In this document: in pieces, positions 18,526 through 27,027 of the stretch
Numbering within the stretch: position 1 is the stretch's first letter
How the letters are laid out: every line of letters starts with the position of its first letter
DNA from: Crocosphaera subtropica ATCC 51142
GTDB lineage: Bacteria > Cyanobacteriota > Cyanobacteriia > Cyanobacteriales > Microcystaceae
Assembly: GCF_000017845.1 (NCBI RefSeq)
Contig: NC_010546.1
Coordinates: forward strand, 450,001-482,000
Direction of reading: 5' to 3'
Length of the DNA: 32,000 nt
Position numbers and translations under genes: made by a program
The notes under the pieces: model-generated
Seen by the model: the letters and a program-made list of their open reading frames with translations, nothing else
What the model was told of the DNA's origin: nothing
Database searches by the model: none

Positions 18526-19374
18526 ATGACCTTACCACAAGTTGTTAATCAATTTATCAAAAATCCTGACCATTTACCTAAAAATATTATCTGGCGTTTT
18601 CCTAAAAAAATATCCACAAACAAACATATTTTTGTCTTAGGTGCGCCGAGAAGTGGTACAACTTTAGCTAAGTTAATTTTAACGTCTCATCCTTATTTAA
18701 TTGGTCCTGGTTACGAAACCGCATTTTTCACTTATCGAGATATTTTTAGTTTTAGATTTAAAGGAATTAAACAAAAAAAAATGGATGAGTTACGGCAAAA
18801 TTGTCATGATATTGTGGAATTTTTTGATATTTTTACTAATCATGTTTTAATGGATCATCCAGAAGCTAAATATTATGTAGAAAAAACCCCTCAGCACGTT
18901 TTACAATTAGCCTTTTTAACCAAATATTTTCCTAGTTCAAAATTCATTCATATGGTTAGAGATGGAAGAGACGGTTTTTGTTCTGCCAAACATCATAAAA
19001 ATGTTGTTCAAGGAAGTGATGTTAAACGCTATGCAAACTATTGGCGAAAATGTCTTAATAGTCGTATAAAATTAGGGGATAAAGATAACATTTTAGATGT
19101 AAAGTATGAAGCTTTAGCATCTGATCCAGAAATCACAATTAAAGGGATGATGTCATTTATCGGGGAACCCTATCATCCTCAACAGTTACAACCAGGAAAA
19201 TACTCAAATAATGCCATAACTAAGATTAAAACCCCTGTATTTGAGAAACTTTCTGCTAATATAAATGATTCTAGTATTCAACGTTATAAAAAAGAACTTT
19301 CAACGGAAGAAATTGAAATATTTAATACTATTGCTGGCGAACAATTACGTCATTTTGGTTACGAGGTAGGATAA
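18526..19374 (+). CDS. sulfotransferase-family protein
   Basis: The 5'-PSB loop GAPRSGTT lies near the N-terminus. A later RDGRD segment fits the 3'-PB region. The gene is AT-rich and sits 11 nt after the upstream stop, with GAGGA in between. Confidence 0.75.
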   Translation: MTLPQVVNQFIKNPDHLPKNIIWRFPKKISTNKHIFVLGAPRSGTTLAKLILTSHPYLIGPGYETAFFTYRDIFSFRFKGIKQKKMDELRQNCHDIVEFFDIFTNHVLMDHPEAKYYVEKTPQHVLQLAFLTKYFPSSKFIHMVRDGRDGFCSAKHHKNVVQGSDVKRYANYWRKCLNSRIKLGDKDNILDVKYEALASDPEITIKGMMSFIGEPYHPQQLQPGKYSNNAITKIKTPVFEKLSANINDSSIQRYKKELSTEEIEIFNTIAGEQLRHFGYEVG

Positions 19375-19451
19375 TTTTAAGTAGAAGCAGAAAAGGCTAA
19401 ACCCCATATTTGCCAAACTATCGATAAGGGGGTTGAACTTTATACTTAAAA

Positions 19452-19523
19452 TGGTGGGTTACGACTTAGATAAAAATTGCTGGTGTTTTCCTCAAAATTA
19501 ATCCCACACCTAACCCAACCTAC
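19452..19523. repeat. related hairpin element sharing the ACCCAACCTAC core
   Basis: The left arm TGGTGGGTTA (19452-19461) pairs with the right arm TAACCCAACC (19511-19520), with one bulge. The segment 19513-19523 (ACCCAACCTAC) is identical to 27870-27880. Confidence 0.5.
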
Positions 19524-19653
19524 TGTGTTGATAAAAAACCCTAAAAAATTAGGCATAATAGAATAGTAGCAGCTTGATTAAGATCCCCTTTGATCTTACA
19601 ATTGCAGCGACTCAAACCCTTTCGTCAGTTACTACCCAGTTACTTTAAGATAT

Positions 19654-20151
19654 ATGTCTGCTTCTGACGTACAACCCCCTCAATCCTATCGTAAAGAGGA
19701 AGTTCAAGAGATTTTACACTTGGCCATTGCTCGCAAAACTGAGGTTGAAGAACTATCTCGCACTCAACTTTGGGAAATTGCAGCAGAATTGGATATTGAC
19801 GCTGCTGTTTTACAATTGGCCGAAAAAGACTGGTTATTGCAAAAACAACAGCAAGAAAAAAAAGATGAATTTAATCAATATCGTCAAAGACAACTAAAAC
19901 GAAAATTTATTCGTTATGGCATTATTAATTCCTTTGTCATATTGCTAAATTTATTAGCAGCAGGAACCCTATCTTGGTCATTATATATCTTGATTTTACT
20001 CGGACTTCCCTTAGCTTTAGATACCTTTAAAACCTTTCAAACTGAAGGTGAGGAGTATGAAAAAGCATTTCAACAGTGGTATTTTAAGAAGGAAATGAAA
20101 GCCTCAATTTCTAGTCTTTGGAATCGTATCAAAACAGCTTGGCTTTCTTAA
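19654..20151 (+). CDS. small membrane protein with two adjacent TM helices (2TM-domain-like), function unknown
   Basis: This is a 165-aa ORF with a charged helical N-half. It then has IINSFVILLNLLAAGTLSWSLYILILLGLPLAL (two helices). There is no catalytic motif. Confidence 0.4.
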   Translation: MSASDVQPPQSYRKEEVQEILHLAIARKTEVEELSRTQLWEIAAELDIDAAVLQLAEKDWLLQKQQQEKKDEFNQYRQRQLKRKFIRYGIINSFVILLNLLAAGTLSWSLYILILLGLPLALDTFKTFQTEGEEYEKAFQQWYFKKEMKASISSLWNRIKTAWLS

Positions 20152-20222
20152 TTAATGATCCATGATTGAACTCTTTACGCAAAGGGTTATCGAAGACGAG
20201 GTTGATGTTTTAAGTTGATTGA

Positions 20223-20274
20223 AAAATTACCCTGAAAAGAGTACAATCAAAACAAGCAAAATTAGGGTAATTTT
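20223..20274 (+). promoter_or_regulatory. 11-bp-stem hairpin abutting the ribosome-binding site of the DUF697-type gene
   Basis: AAAATTACCCT (20223-20233) pairs with AGGGTAATTTT (20264-20274) across a 30-nt loop. GAGGGG at 20275-20280 and ATG at 20286 follow immediately. Confidence 0.35.
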
Positions 20275-20285
20275 GAGGGGAAAAC

Positions 20286-21665
20286 ATGAGAGTTAAGGTA
20301 AAAAAACCCATTCTTGTGGCAGGAATAGCCATTTCATTCCTACTATGGCTTGGAGAAAGTCTTCATGAGGAGGTAATAGCAATAGGGGAATGGGGCGTTG
20401 TGAGTCTGATGGCCATCGGTACAGGAGTTTGGTGGTGGCAAGAAAAACAACCCCAAAAACCAATCTCTCAAACGATTTCCCCCTTAACCATAACAGAAGT
20501 TAATCAGGCAATTGCTGATGGACAAAAAATATTAAAAATAGTTAAACAAGAAAACCCTAAATATAATCTATCAAGTTTAGAAACACAGTTAGGAAAATTG
20601 CCCGAAAAACTTAATAATCAAGCTGTTTCTTTAGGATTAATTGGCAATTCTATTCCAGAGAAAAGTAGTTTAAAACAATTATTAAATAAAGAAAAAAACT
20701 ACATAAACATTCAATGGTTAGAAGAAGATAATACTGAAAAGACTCATCAAAGAATAGATTTAATTATTTTTTTAGTAAGCACAGATTTAACACAATCTCA
20801 GTGGCAAACCATTCAACAATGCCATCGAAATCATCAACGGTGTTTAATTAGTTTAAATCAATTGGAACAATATAATTTAGAAGAGCAAGAAATTATCTTG
20901 CAACAAATTAAACAACGGGTTCAAACTATTATTCCTCCCCATGATGTAATCCCTATTAACTCATCCCCAAAAACCTTAAAAGTTCGTCAGTATAAAGAAG
21001 ATAACTCCTATCAAGAATGGACTGAAATTCAACCCCCTCAGATTGTCTCTTTAACCAGTAGACTGGATTCCATTTTAAGCCAAGAAAGAGAGCAATTAAT
21101 CTGGGGAAAAGTGTGGCGTGAAGCGCAAGATATTAAACAGCAAGGAAAGGAAATTTTAAATGCAATTAGACGCGATCGCGCTTTACCCATGATGGAAAAA
21201 TATCAATGGATAGCAGCAGCAGCAGCCTTTGCGAACCCCGTTTCATCCTTGGATTTATTAGCTACTGCTGCCATTAATGCTCAAATGGTCGTAGATTTAA
21301 GCGGTATTTATCAACAAAAATTTACCCTATCTCAAGGACAAGCCGTATCAGGCACTATTGGCAAATTAATGATCAAGTTGGGATTAGTTGAATTATCCAC
21401 CCATGCTATTAGTAGTTTGCTCAAAAGTAACGCTATTACTTATGTAGCAGGAGGAGCAACCCAAGCTATTAGCGCAGCTTATTTAACCCGTGTTGCTGGT
21501 TTAAGTTTAATAGAATATTTTCAAGAACAAGAGATTAATTCTCATTCTGATCAAAGTTTTAATATAGAACAACTTTCAACAAAAATAAAACAAGTCTTTG
21601 AGCAAACAAGACGAACAGAAATCCTACAAGGTTTTGTGAAACAAACCCTCCCTAAACTATCATAG
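20286..21665 (+). CDS. DUF697-type membrane protein with a degenerate GTPase-like central region
   Basis: This is a 459-aa ORF with N-terminal TM helices. It has a Walker-A-like GNSIPEKS (nt 20643-20666). The C-terminal KYQWIAAAAAFANPVSSLDLLATAAINAQMVVDLSGIY resembles DUF697. Confidence 0.6.
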   Translation: MRVKVKKPILVAGIAISFLLWLGESLHEEVIAIGEWGVVSLMAIGTGVWWWQEKQPQKPISQTISPLTITEVNQAIADGQKILKIVKQENPKYNLSSLETQLGKLPEKLNNQAVSLGLIGNSIPEKSSLKQLLNKEKNYINIQWLEEDNTEKTHQRIDLIIFLVSTDLTQSQWQTIQQCHRNHQRCLISLNQLEQYNLEEQEIILQQIKQRVQTIIPPHDVIPINSSPKTLKVRQYKEDNSYQEWTEIQPPQIVSLTSRLDSILSQEREQLIWGKVWREAQDIKQQGKEILNAIRRDRALPMMEKYQWIAAAAAFANPVSSLDLLATAAINAQMVVDLSGIYQQKFTLSQGQAVSGTIGKLMIKLGLVELSTHAISSLLKSNAITYVAGGATQAISAAYLTRVAGLSLIEYFQEQEINSHSDQSFNIEQLSTKIKQVFEQTRRTEILQGFVKQTLPKLS

Positions 21666-21850
21666 ATAATACTGCTATTATCTCACTATAATCAGAGTGC
21701 TGCTACTTTTTTGATACAGTACAGTATAAAACTGCAACTATTGCCCCTTGCTCAATGTAGCCACATAAGAAAAATTCATACCCCATGAGTCTGGGAAATA
21801 CCATAAAATAGTTGATTTTTTAGCGTGTGAAAAAACATTAAAAGTAAATT

Positions 21851-23302
21851 ATGACAGTTTCTGATTCTGAAACCACCCCAACTCCTATTAACAAAACCCT
21901 AGATGCTGCCAACCCAGAGGAATCTATGGCCCGTTCCAATAGCTCTAAAAAATCCCCCCGTCAAGGGTTTGCGCCGGTGCTAGAAAATCCTCAATTTTTA
22001 ATCCTCTGGATAGGACAGGTCTTTTCTCAACTGGCAGATAAAGTTTATTTAGTCTTAATGATCGCTTTTATTGCAGGTCATTTTCAAGGAGAAAATCAAC
22101 CCATTAGTGGTTGGGTATCAGCTATCATGATCGCCTTTACCATTCCGGCGGTGTTCTTTGGTTCCTTAGCAGGAGTCTATGTTGATCGCTGGTCGAAAAA
22201 AGGGGTTTTAGTGATTTCTAATCTCATTCGTGCGGCCTTTGTTTTTATTATTCCTCCCTTACTCTGGTTATCCCAAGGAGATACGTTAACCCTAAATGTC
22301 AGTTGGTTACCGCATTGGTTACGCAGTTGGCACAATCAAACCCAAGAGGCGTTTTTGTTGCCCTTGGGTTTTTTAATTTTATTAGTGTTAACCCTAGTAG
22401 ATTCGACCATTACCCAATTTTTTGCTCCGGCCGAACAAGCGACCATTCCTCTAGTGGTCAAACGCCGTCATCTATTATCAGCTAATTCCCTGTTTACCAC
22501 CACCATGATGGCCATGACGATTGTGGGTTTTGCCATTGGAGAACCTTTATTAGAAGTTGCGTCTCATTTGGCTGAAAATCTTGGCTTTTCTTGGGAAGAG
22601 GGAAAAGCTTTTGTGGTAGGAATCTCTTATTTAATCGCAGGGTTACTGCTACTCTTACTAAAAACAGGAGAAAAACGGGAACAGTATGAAAAAGAACAAC
22701 CCCATGTCTTAGAAGATATTAAAGACGGTATTCGTTACCTGGGGAGTAATCATCGGGTTCGCAATGCTTTGATCCAGTTAGTCATTTTATTTTGTATTTT
22801 TGCGGCCTTGTCCGTATTAGCCGTACGCATGGCTGAAACTATTCCAGGGATGAAAGCCGAACAATTTGGCTTTTTATTAGCTACCGGCGGTTTAGGAATG
22901 GGCTGTGGAGCTGCCGTTTTAGGAGGTTGGGGACAACAGTTCCGTAATCATCAGTTAGGATTATGGGGATCGATGGGAATGGCCGTTTCCTTGGTGGGTT
23001 TATCCTTATCCACCAGCAGTTTATGGTTAACCCTGTTAATGACCACCTTTTTAGGGGTCTTTGCTGCTTTTGTGGGGGTTCCAATGCAAACGACGATCCA
23101 AGCAGAAACCCCCGTAGATATGCGTGGTAAAGTGTTTGGGTTACAAAATAATGCTGTTAATATCGCCCTTTCTTTGCCCTTAGCCTTAGCGGGTATTGCC
23201 GAAACTTTCTTTGGTTTGCAACCTGTATTATTAAGCTTGGGAGTGATGGCGATCGCTGGTGGTATTTTAACTTGGTTGATGGGTATGAAAGAATCGGTTT
23301 AG
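21851..23302 (+). CDS. MFS transporter
   Basis: This 483-aa ORF has about 12 hydrophobic helices. The motif GSLAGVYVDRWSKKG between TM2 and TM3 is MFS motif A-like. Confidence 0.85.
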   Translation: MTVSDSETTPTPINKTLDAANPEESMARSNSSKKSPRQGFAPVLENPQFLILWIGQVFSQLADKVYLVLMIAFIAGHFQGENQPISGWVSAIMIAFTIPAVFFGSLAGVYVDRWSKKGVLVISNLIRAAFVFIIPPLLWLSQGDTLTLNVSWLPHWLRSWHNQTQEAFLLPLGFLILLVLTLVDSTITQFFAPAEQATIPLVVKRRHLLSANSLFTTTMMAMTIVGFAIGEPLLEVASHLAENLGFSWEEGKAFVVGISYLIAGLLLLLLKTGEKREQYEKEQPHVLEDIKDGIRYLGSNHRVRNALIQLVILFCIFAALSVLAVRMAETIPGMKAEQFGFLLATGGLGMGCGAAVLGGWGQQFRNHQLGLWGSMGMAVSLVGLSLSTSSLWLTLLMTTFLGVFAAFVGVPMQTTIQAETPVDMRGKVFGLQNNAVNIALSLPLALAGIAETFFGLQPVLLSLGVMAIAGGILTWLMGMKESV

Positions 23303-23484
23303 GTAAAACGAATACGTCCCTCGTCCATTTCTGACATGAGTAATTCTAAAGCCTCATAATCCACATCAGAGATATAACCCGTGCGAGATAACTCATGGTT
23401 GATAGCCATTTCAATTTCTGGGGTTAATCGTTTAAGATATAAAGCTTTTTCTACTAATTGGCGAATTAAAGGGGGGCTATTCAC
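23299..23484 (-). CDS. small hypothetical protein (61 aa)
   Basis: This is an ORF only, with a GTG start. It is convergent with the MFS gene and overlaps its 3' end by 4 nt. It has a charged helical composition and I recognise no motif. Confidence 0.3.
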   Translation of the reverse strand: MNSPPLIRQLVEKALYLKRLTPEIEMAINHELSRTGYISDVDYEALELLMSEMDEGRIRFT

Positions 23485-23833
23485 AAATTTTTCTCCGCTC
23501 TTGACAACAGGGAATTTTAGGCTAAGTTGGTAGATGTGGAGAAGTATCTTACTTCCACTTAGATCAATGCGTTGTAATTTTTAGAGTTTTTTAACAACAG
23601 CGATGATCTTTAGTAAACCATTAATGGGGTGATGAGTTTTGTAGCTTGCTTAACTTTTTTTAACAAAAAAACTGATACAATGCTAAACTGTCACTCGTTG
23701 GCGGATAAAGCACAACCATTAAAAGACCAAATTATGGTTAAGTTTGGGTAAAAATTATAACCTAATAGGGAAAAACTCAAAGTTAACCTAACTCAATAAA
23801 CACAAAGATTCAGTCACAAAAATTAACCAGTTA

Positions 23834-23848
23834 TTAACCTATGGTTAA
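23834..23848. promoter_or_regulatory. perfect 6-3-6 palindrome TTAACC-TAT-GGTTAA inside a cluster of six TTAACC/GGTTAA hexamers; candidate operator
   Basis: The hexamers lie at 23736, 23783, 23823, 23834, 23843 and 23873, all within 143 bp. They sit 84-226 bp upstream of the STAS start (23962). A TATAAT is present at 23906-23911. Confidence 0.45.
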
Positions 23849-23961
23849 GTCTTTAAAAAAACATATTAAAAGGGTTAAGACTGAATCAATTGACAAAAAA
23901 GTGATTATAATTTGGTCATAACCATAAGCAAACTAAATTTTGAAATTGAGGGTATATACCA

Positions 23962-24315
23962 ATGATGGGGAGTCAATTGATTAATTTAAGCGTAGCCGTT
24001 TTGGAACCAACTGGTTACATTACTGCTGCCAATATCGATGATTTTCAAGAGAAATTAACTAATTTCGTCAGAAATAACCCTAGTAGAGACTATTTGGTGG
24101 ATATGCACCAGGTAGAATTTATCGACAGTGCGGGACTAATGGCCATTGTGTCTGCCTTTCGCCTCGCTCAGCGTCTCAATAAAAAATTAAGTGTTTGTTC
24201 CTTATCACCATCCGTCCGCATTATCTTTGAATTAACCCAGTTAGATAGGGCTTTAGAAATCTACGAAAGTCGTCAGACCTATGAAGCATCCTTCAATGAA
24301 ACCGTAGCTGCTTGA
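23962..24315 (+). CDS. STAS-domain protein (anti-sigma-factor antagonist, SpoIIAA-like)
   Basis: This is a 117-aa ORF. The segment LVDMHQVEFIDSAGLMAIVSAFRLAQ contains the DSxG phospho-serine motif of SpoIIAA/RsbV-type STAS proteins. Confidence 0.85.
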   Translation: MMGSQLINLSVAVLEPTGYITAANIDDFQEKLTNFVRNNPSRDYLVDMHQVEFIDSAGLMAIVSAFRLAQRLNKKLSVCSLSPSVRIIFELTQLDRALEIYESRQTYEASFNETVAA

Positions 24316-24417
24316 GGTCATTACTCTATTAATAATATCAAGTATTGGCTTACTCCTCCACACTTCCGGTATATTAGAAAAGCATCAAAAAAATAGGGAA
24401 GTGCCGGAGGTTTGTTT

Positions 24418-26994
24418 GTGACTATCGCTATTGAAAAACTGCTCACCCCAGACATTAATAAACCTGCACGTTATCTAGGTAACGAGTTGGGGGCAAAACA
24501 TAAACCGTGGAACGAAGCTACTGTTCGCTGGGTGTTAACTTATCCAGAGGTTTATGAGTTAGGAGCCTCCAATTTAGGCCATATCATTCTCTATAACATT
24601 CTCAATAGTCAACCCCGTCAACTGTGCGATCGCACTTACCTACCCGCACCAGATTTAGCGGAGAAATTACGGCAAAGTAATACCCCCTTATTTGCCTTAG
24701 AATCCCGTCGTTCCCTCACTGATTTTGATATTTTAGGTTTTAATCTCAGTTATGAATTAGGGGCGACTAATATTTTAGAAATGCTCGATTTAGCTCAAAT
24801 TCCCTTAACTTGGAAAGAGAGAGACTCAGGCAATTATCCTTTAATTTTTGCAGGGGGACAAACCGCCACCTCTAACCCCGAACCCTTCGCCGAGTTTTTC
24901 GATTTTATGGCTTTAGGAGACGGAGAGGAATTATTACCGGAAATTGGTTTAATTATTGAACAAGGAAAAGAAAATAACCTCAGTAAACAAGCTTTATTAT
25001 TAGATTTAGCGCAAATTCCAGGGGTTTATGTGCCTCGCTTTTATGACGAGACAGAAGCAGGGGAAGTGGTTCCTAACCGGCCTGATGTTCCTGCTAGAAT
25101 TTTACGTCGGGTTTCCCCTCCCATGCCAGCTTATGCCATTGGGTTAGTGCCTTATATCGAAACGATACACGATCGCTTAGTGGTAGAAATAAGACGGGGT
25201 TGCACTAGGGGCTGTCGTTTCTGTCAACCAGGGATGTTAACTCGTCCGGCAAGGGATGTACAACCAGATGATGTGATCGAAACCATTGAACGGGGTATTA
25301 GGGAAACCGGCCATAACGAATTTTCCTTACTCTCTTTAAGTTGTTCCGACTATTTAGCCCTGCCAGCAGTAGGAACAGAAATTAAAAACCGTCTCAAAGA
25401 TGAAAACATTACCCTTTCTTTACCTAGTCAACGGGTGGATAGGTTCGATGAAAATATTGCCAATATTGTTGGAGGAAACCGTCAGTCAGGGTTAACCTTT
25501 GCCCCAGAAGCCGGCACCCAAAGAATGCGAGATGTCATTAATAAAGGGTTAACCAACGAAGAGTTATTAAGAGGAGTCAAGACCGCCGTCGAACAGGGTT
25601 GGGATAAGGTTAAACTCTATTTTATGATTGGTTTACCCGGAGAAACCGATATGGATGTCCTGGGTATTGTGGAGACAGTGCGCTGGTTACGGCAAGAATG
25701 TCGCATTAAAGGCCGTAAACCGTTGCAATTTACCATTACCGTGTCTAATTTTACCCCGAAACCTCATACCCCGTTTCAGTGGCATTCGGTGTCTACAGCA
25801 GAGTTTAAACGGAAGCAGGAATTATTACGGGAGGCGTTTCGTTCCCTTCGAGGAGTTAAGGCTAATTATACCGATGTGAGAATTTCAGGGATGGAAGATT
25901 TTGTGGGACGAGGCGATCGCCGTTTATCCCCTGTTATTCGTCGCGCTTGGGAATTAGGGGCCGGTATGGACTCCTGGTGGGAAAATGCCCAACAAGCTTA
26001 TGAAGCTTGGGAACAAGCCATTAATGAAGCCGGGTTAAGCTGGAAATATCGCCAGGTAGAAGAGGGAGAATGGAATATTTTTGAAGGAAATACGGACTCG
26101 TATAACGCCCCTTTACCTTGGGATCATATTAATACGGGTATTGAGAAGAAATGGTTACAAGAGGACTTACAACGGGCTTTAGAGGCTGCTACGGTTCCCG
26201 ACTGTGCCTTTGAAGGGTGTTCCCATTGTGGGGTGTGTGGGCTAGATTTTGGTCACAATATTGTGGTGCAACCCCCTACAATTCCTCAATTTAGCGGTCA
26301 TTTTAAGCCCAACCAAGACCGTTTACAGAGGTTTCGGGTTTATTTTGGCAAAATTGGCGAAATGGCCTTAGTTAGCCACCTTGATTTAGTGAGGTTATTT
26401 GATCGGGTGGTGCGTCGTGCAGCCTTACCTATTTCTTTTACGGGGGGATATCATCCGGGACCAAGAATTTCTATTGCGAATGCGTTAACGTTGGGGGTTA
26501 CTAGCAATGGTGAAATTGTGGATTTTGAGTTGACTGAAATGATGGATATTAACAAGTTTCGTCACGCTTTAGAGGAAAATTTGCCCTCAGACATTCCTGT
26601 TTATAATGTAGAAGAAGTATCGGTTAATTCCACTTCAGCGACTCGGTTATTAGAAGAGGCAGAGTATTTAATGACAGTTGAAACTGAGGATAAGATTGCT
26701 CAGGAAACTTGGCAAAGTTGGATCGAAAAGGTGTTAAATAGTTCAGAAATTAACTGGGAGAAAACCACTAAGTCAGGGAAAAAGAAAACCGTTAATTTAC
26801 GCGATCGCTTGTCTAGTTTATCTTTAGACTCTTATCAAGATAATGCTGTAACTTTGCACTATATTGGCAGTTGTCGCAATGACGGGACAATGTTACAACC
26901 TCAGCACGTTATGTTGATGTTAGAAAAAATATCTGGGATGGAATTACAGTTAGTTAAAGTTCATCGTCAACGGTTAATTTTAGCAGCAAGTTAA
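24418..26994 (+). CDS. fused B12-binding-domain radical SAM protein (TIGR03960-like) + DUF2344/TIGR03936-like C-terminal domain
   Basis: The radical-SAM cluster motif is EIRRGCTRGCRFCQPG. The N-terminal region is Rossmann-like. The C-terminal roughly 230 aa (RFRVYFGKIGEMALVSHLDLVRLFDRVVRRA) match the family that is a separate adjacent gene in many bacteria. I prefer GTG 24418, which has GGAGG 7 nt upstream, over TTG 24412. Confidence 0.85.
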   Translation: MTIAIEKLLTPDINKPARYLGNELGAKHKPWNEATVRWVLTYPEVYELGASNLGHIILYNILNSQPRQLCDRTYLPAPDLAEKLRQSNTPLFALESRRSLTDFDILGFNLSYELGATNILEMLDLAQIPLTWKERDSGNYPLIFAGGQTATSNPEPFAEFFDFMALGDGEELLPEIGLIIEQGKENNLSKQALLLDLAQIPGVYVPRFYDETEAGEVVPNRPDVPARILRRVSPPMPAYAIGLVPYIETIHDRLVVEIRRGCTRGCRFCQPGMLTRPARDVQPDDVIETIERGIRETGHNEFSLLSLSCSDYLALPAVGTEIKNRLKDENITLSLPSQRVDRFDENIANIVGGNRQSGLTFAPEAGTQRMRDVINKGLTNEELLRGVKTAVEQGWDKVKLYFMIGLPGETDMDVLGIVETVRWLRQECRIKGRKPLQFTITVSNFTPKPHTPFQWHSVSTAEFKRKQELLREAFRSLRGVKANYTDVRISGMEDFVGRGDRRLSPVIRRAWELGAGMDSWWENAQQAYEAWEQAINEAGLSWKYRQVEEGEWNIFEGNTDSYNAPLPWDHINTGIEKKWLQEDLQRALEAATVPDCAFEGCSHCGVCGLDFGHNIVVQPPTIPQFSGHFKPNQDRLQRFRVYFGKIGEMALVSHLDLVRLFDRVVRRAALPISFTGGYHPGPRISIANALTLGVTSNGEIVDFELTEMMDINKFRHALEENLPSDIPVYNVEEVSVNSTSATRLLEEAEYLMTVETEDKIAQETWQSWIEKVLNSSEINWEKTTKSGKKKTVNLRDRLSSLSLDSYQDNAVTLHYIGSCRNDGTMLQPQHVMLMLEKISGMELQLVKVHRQRLILAAS

Positions 26995-26998
26995 TGTG

Positions 26999-27022
26999 GT
27001 AGGGTGGGCAATGCCCACCTTA
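26999..27022. repeat. 24-nt repeat copy 1 (contains palindrome GGTGGGC-AAT-GCCCACC); also a likely bidirectional terminator hairpin between convergent genes
   Basis: The sequence is GTAGGGTGGGCAATGCCCACCTTA. It has a 7-bp perfect stem and lies between the radical-SAM stop (26994) and the xisI stop (27028). Confidence 0.7.
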
Positions 27023-27027
27023 TTAAG

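Noticed and set aside
18773-18781. A9 homopolymer inside the sulfotransferase gene (also T9 at 28812-28820 in the GST gene and T8 runs in fabI and the ferredoxin-like gene) as phase-variation tracts
   Set aside because: Runs of 8-9 A/T also occur in essential core genes such as fabI. They therefore reflect Lys-codon usage in an AT-rich genome, not contingency loci.
21719-21732. GTA-N8-AAC, a near NtcA box upstream of the MFS transporter gene
   Set aside because: It matches only one half-site perfectly. I found no TAN3T -10 element at the required ~22-nt spacing. A single weak match in AT-rich DNA is expected by chance.
23890-23911. TTGACA (23890) plus TATAAT (23906) as a consensus sigma-70 promoter for the STAS gene
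   Set aside because: The spacer is only 10 nt, so the two hexamers cannot act together. I keep the TATAAT as a possible -10 element only.
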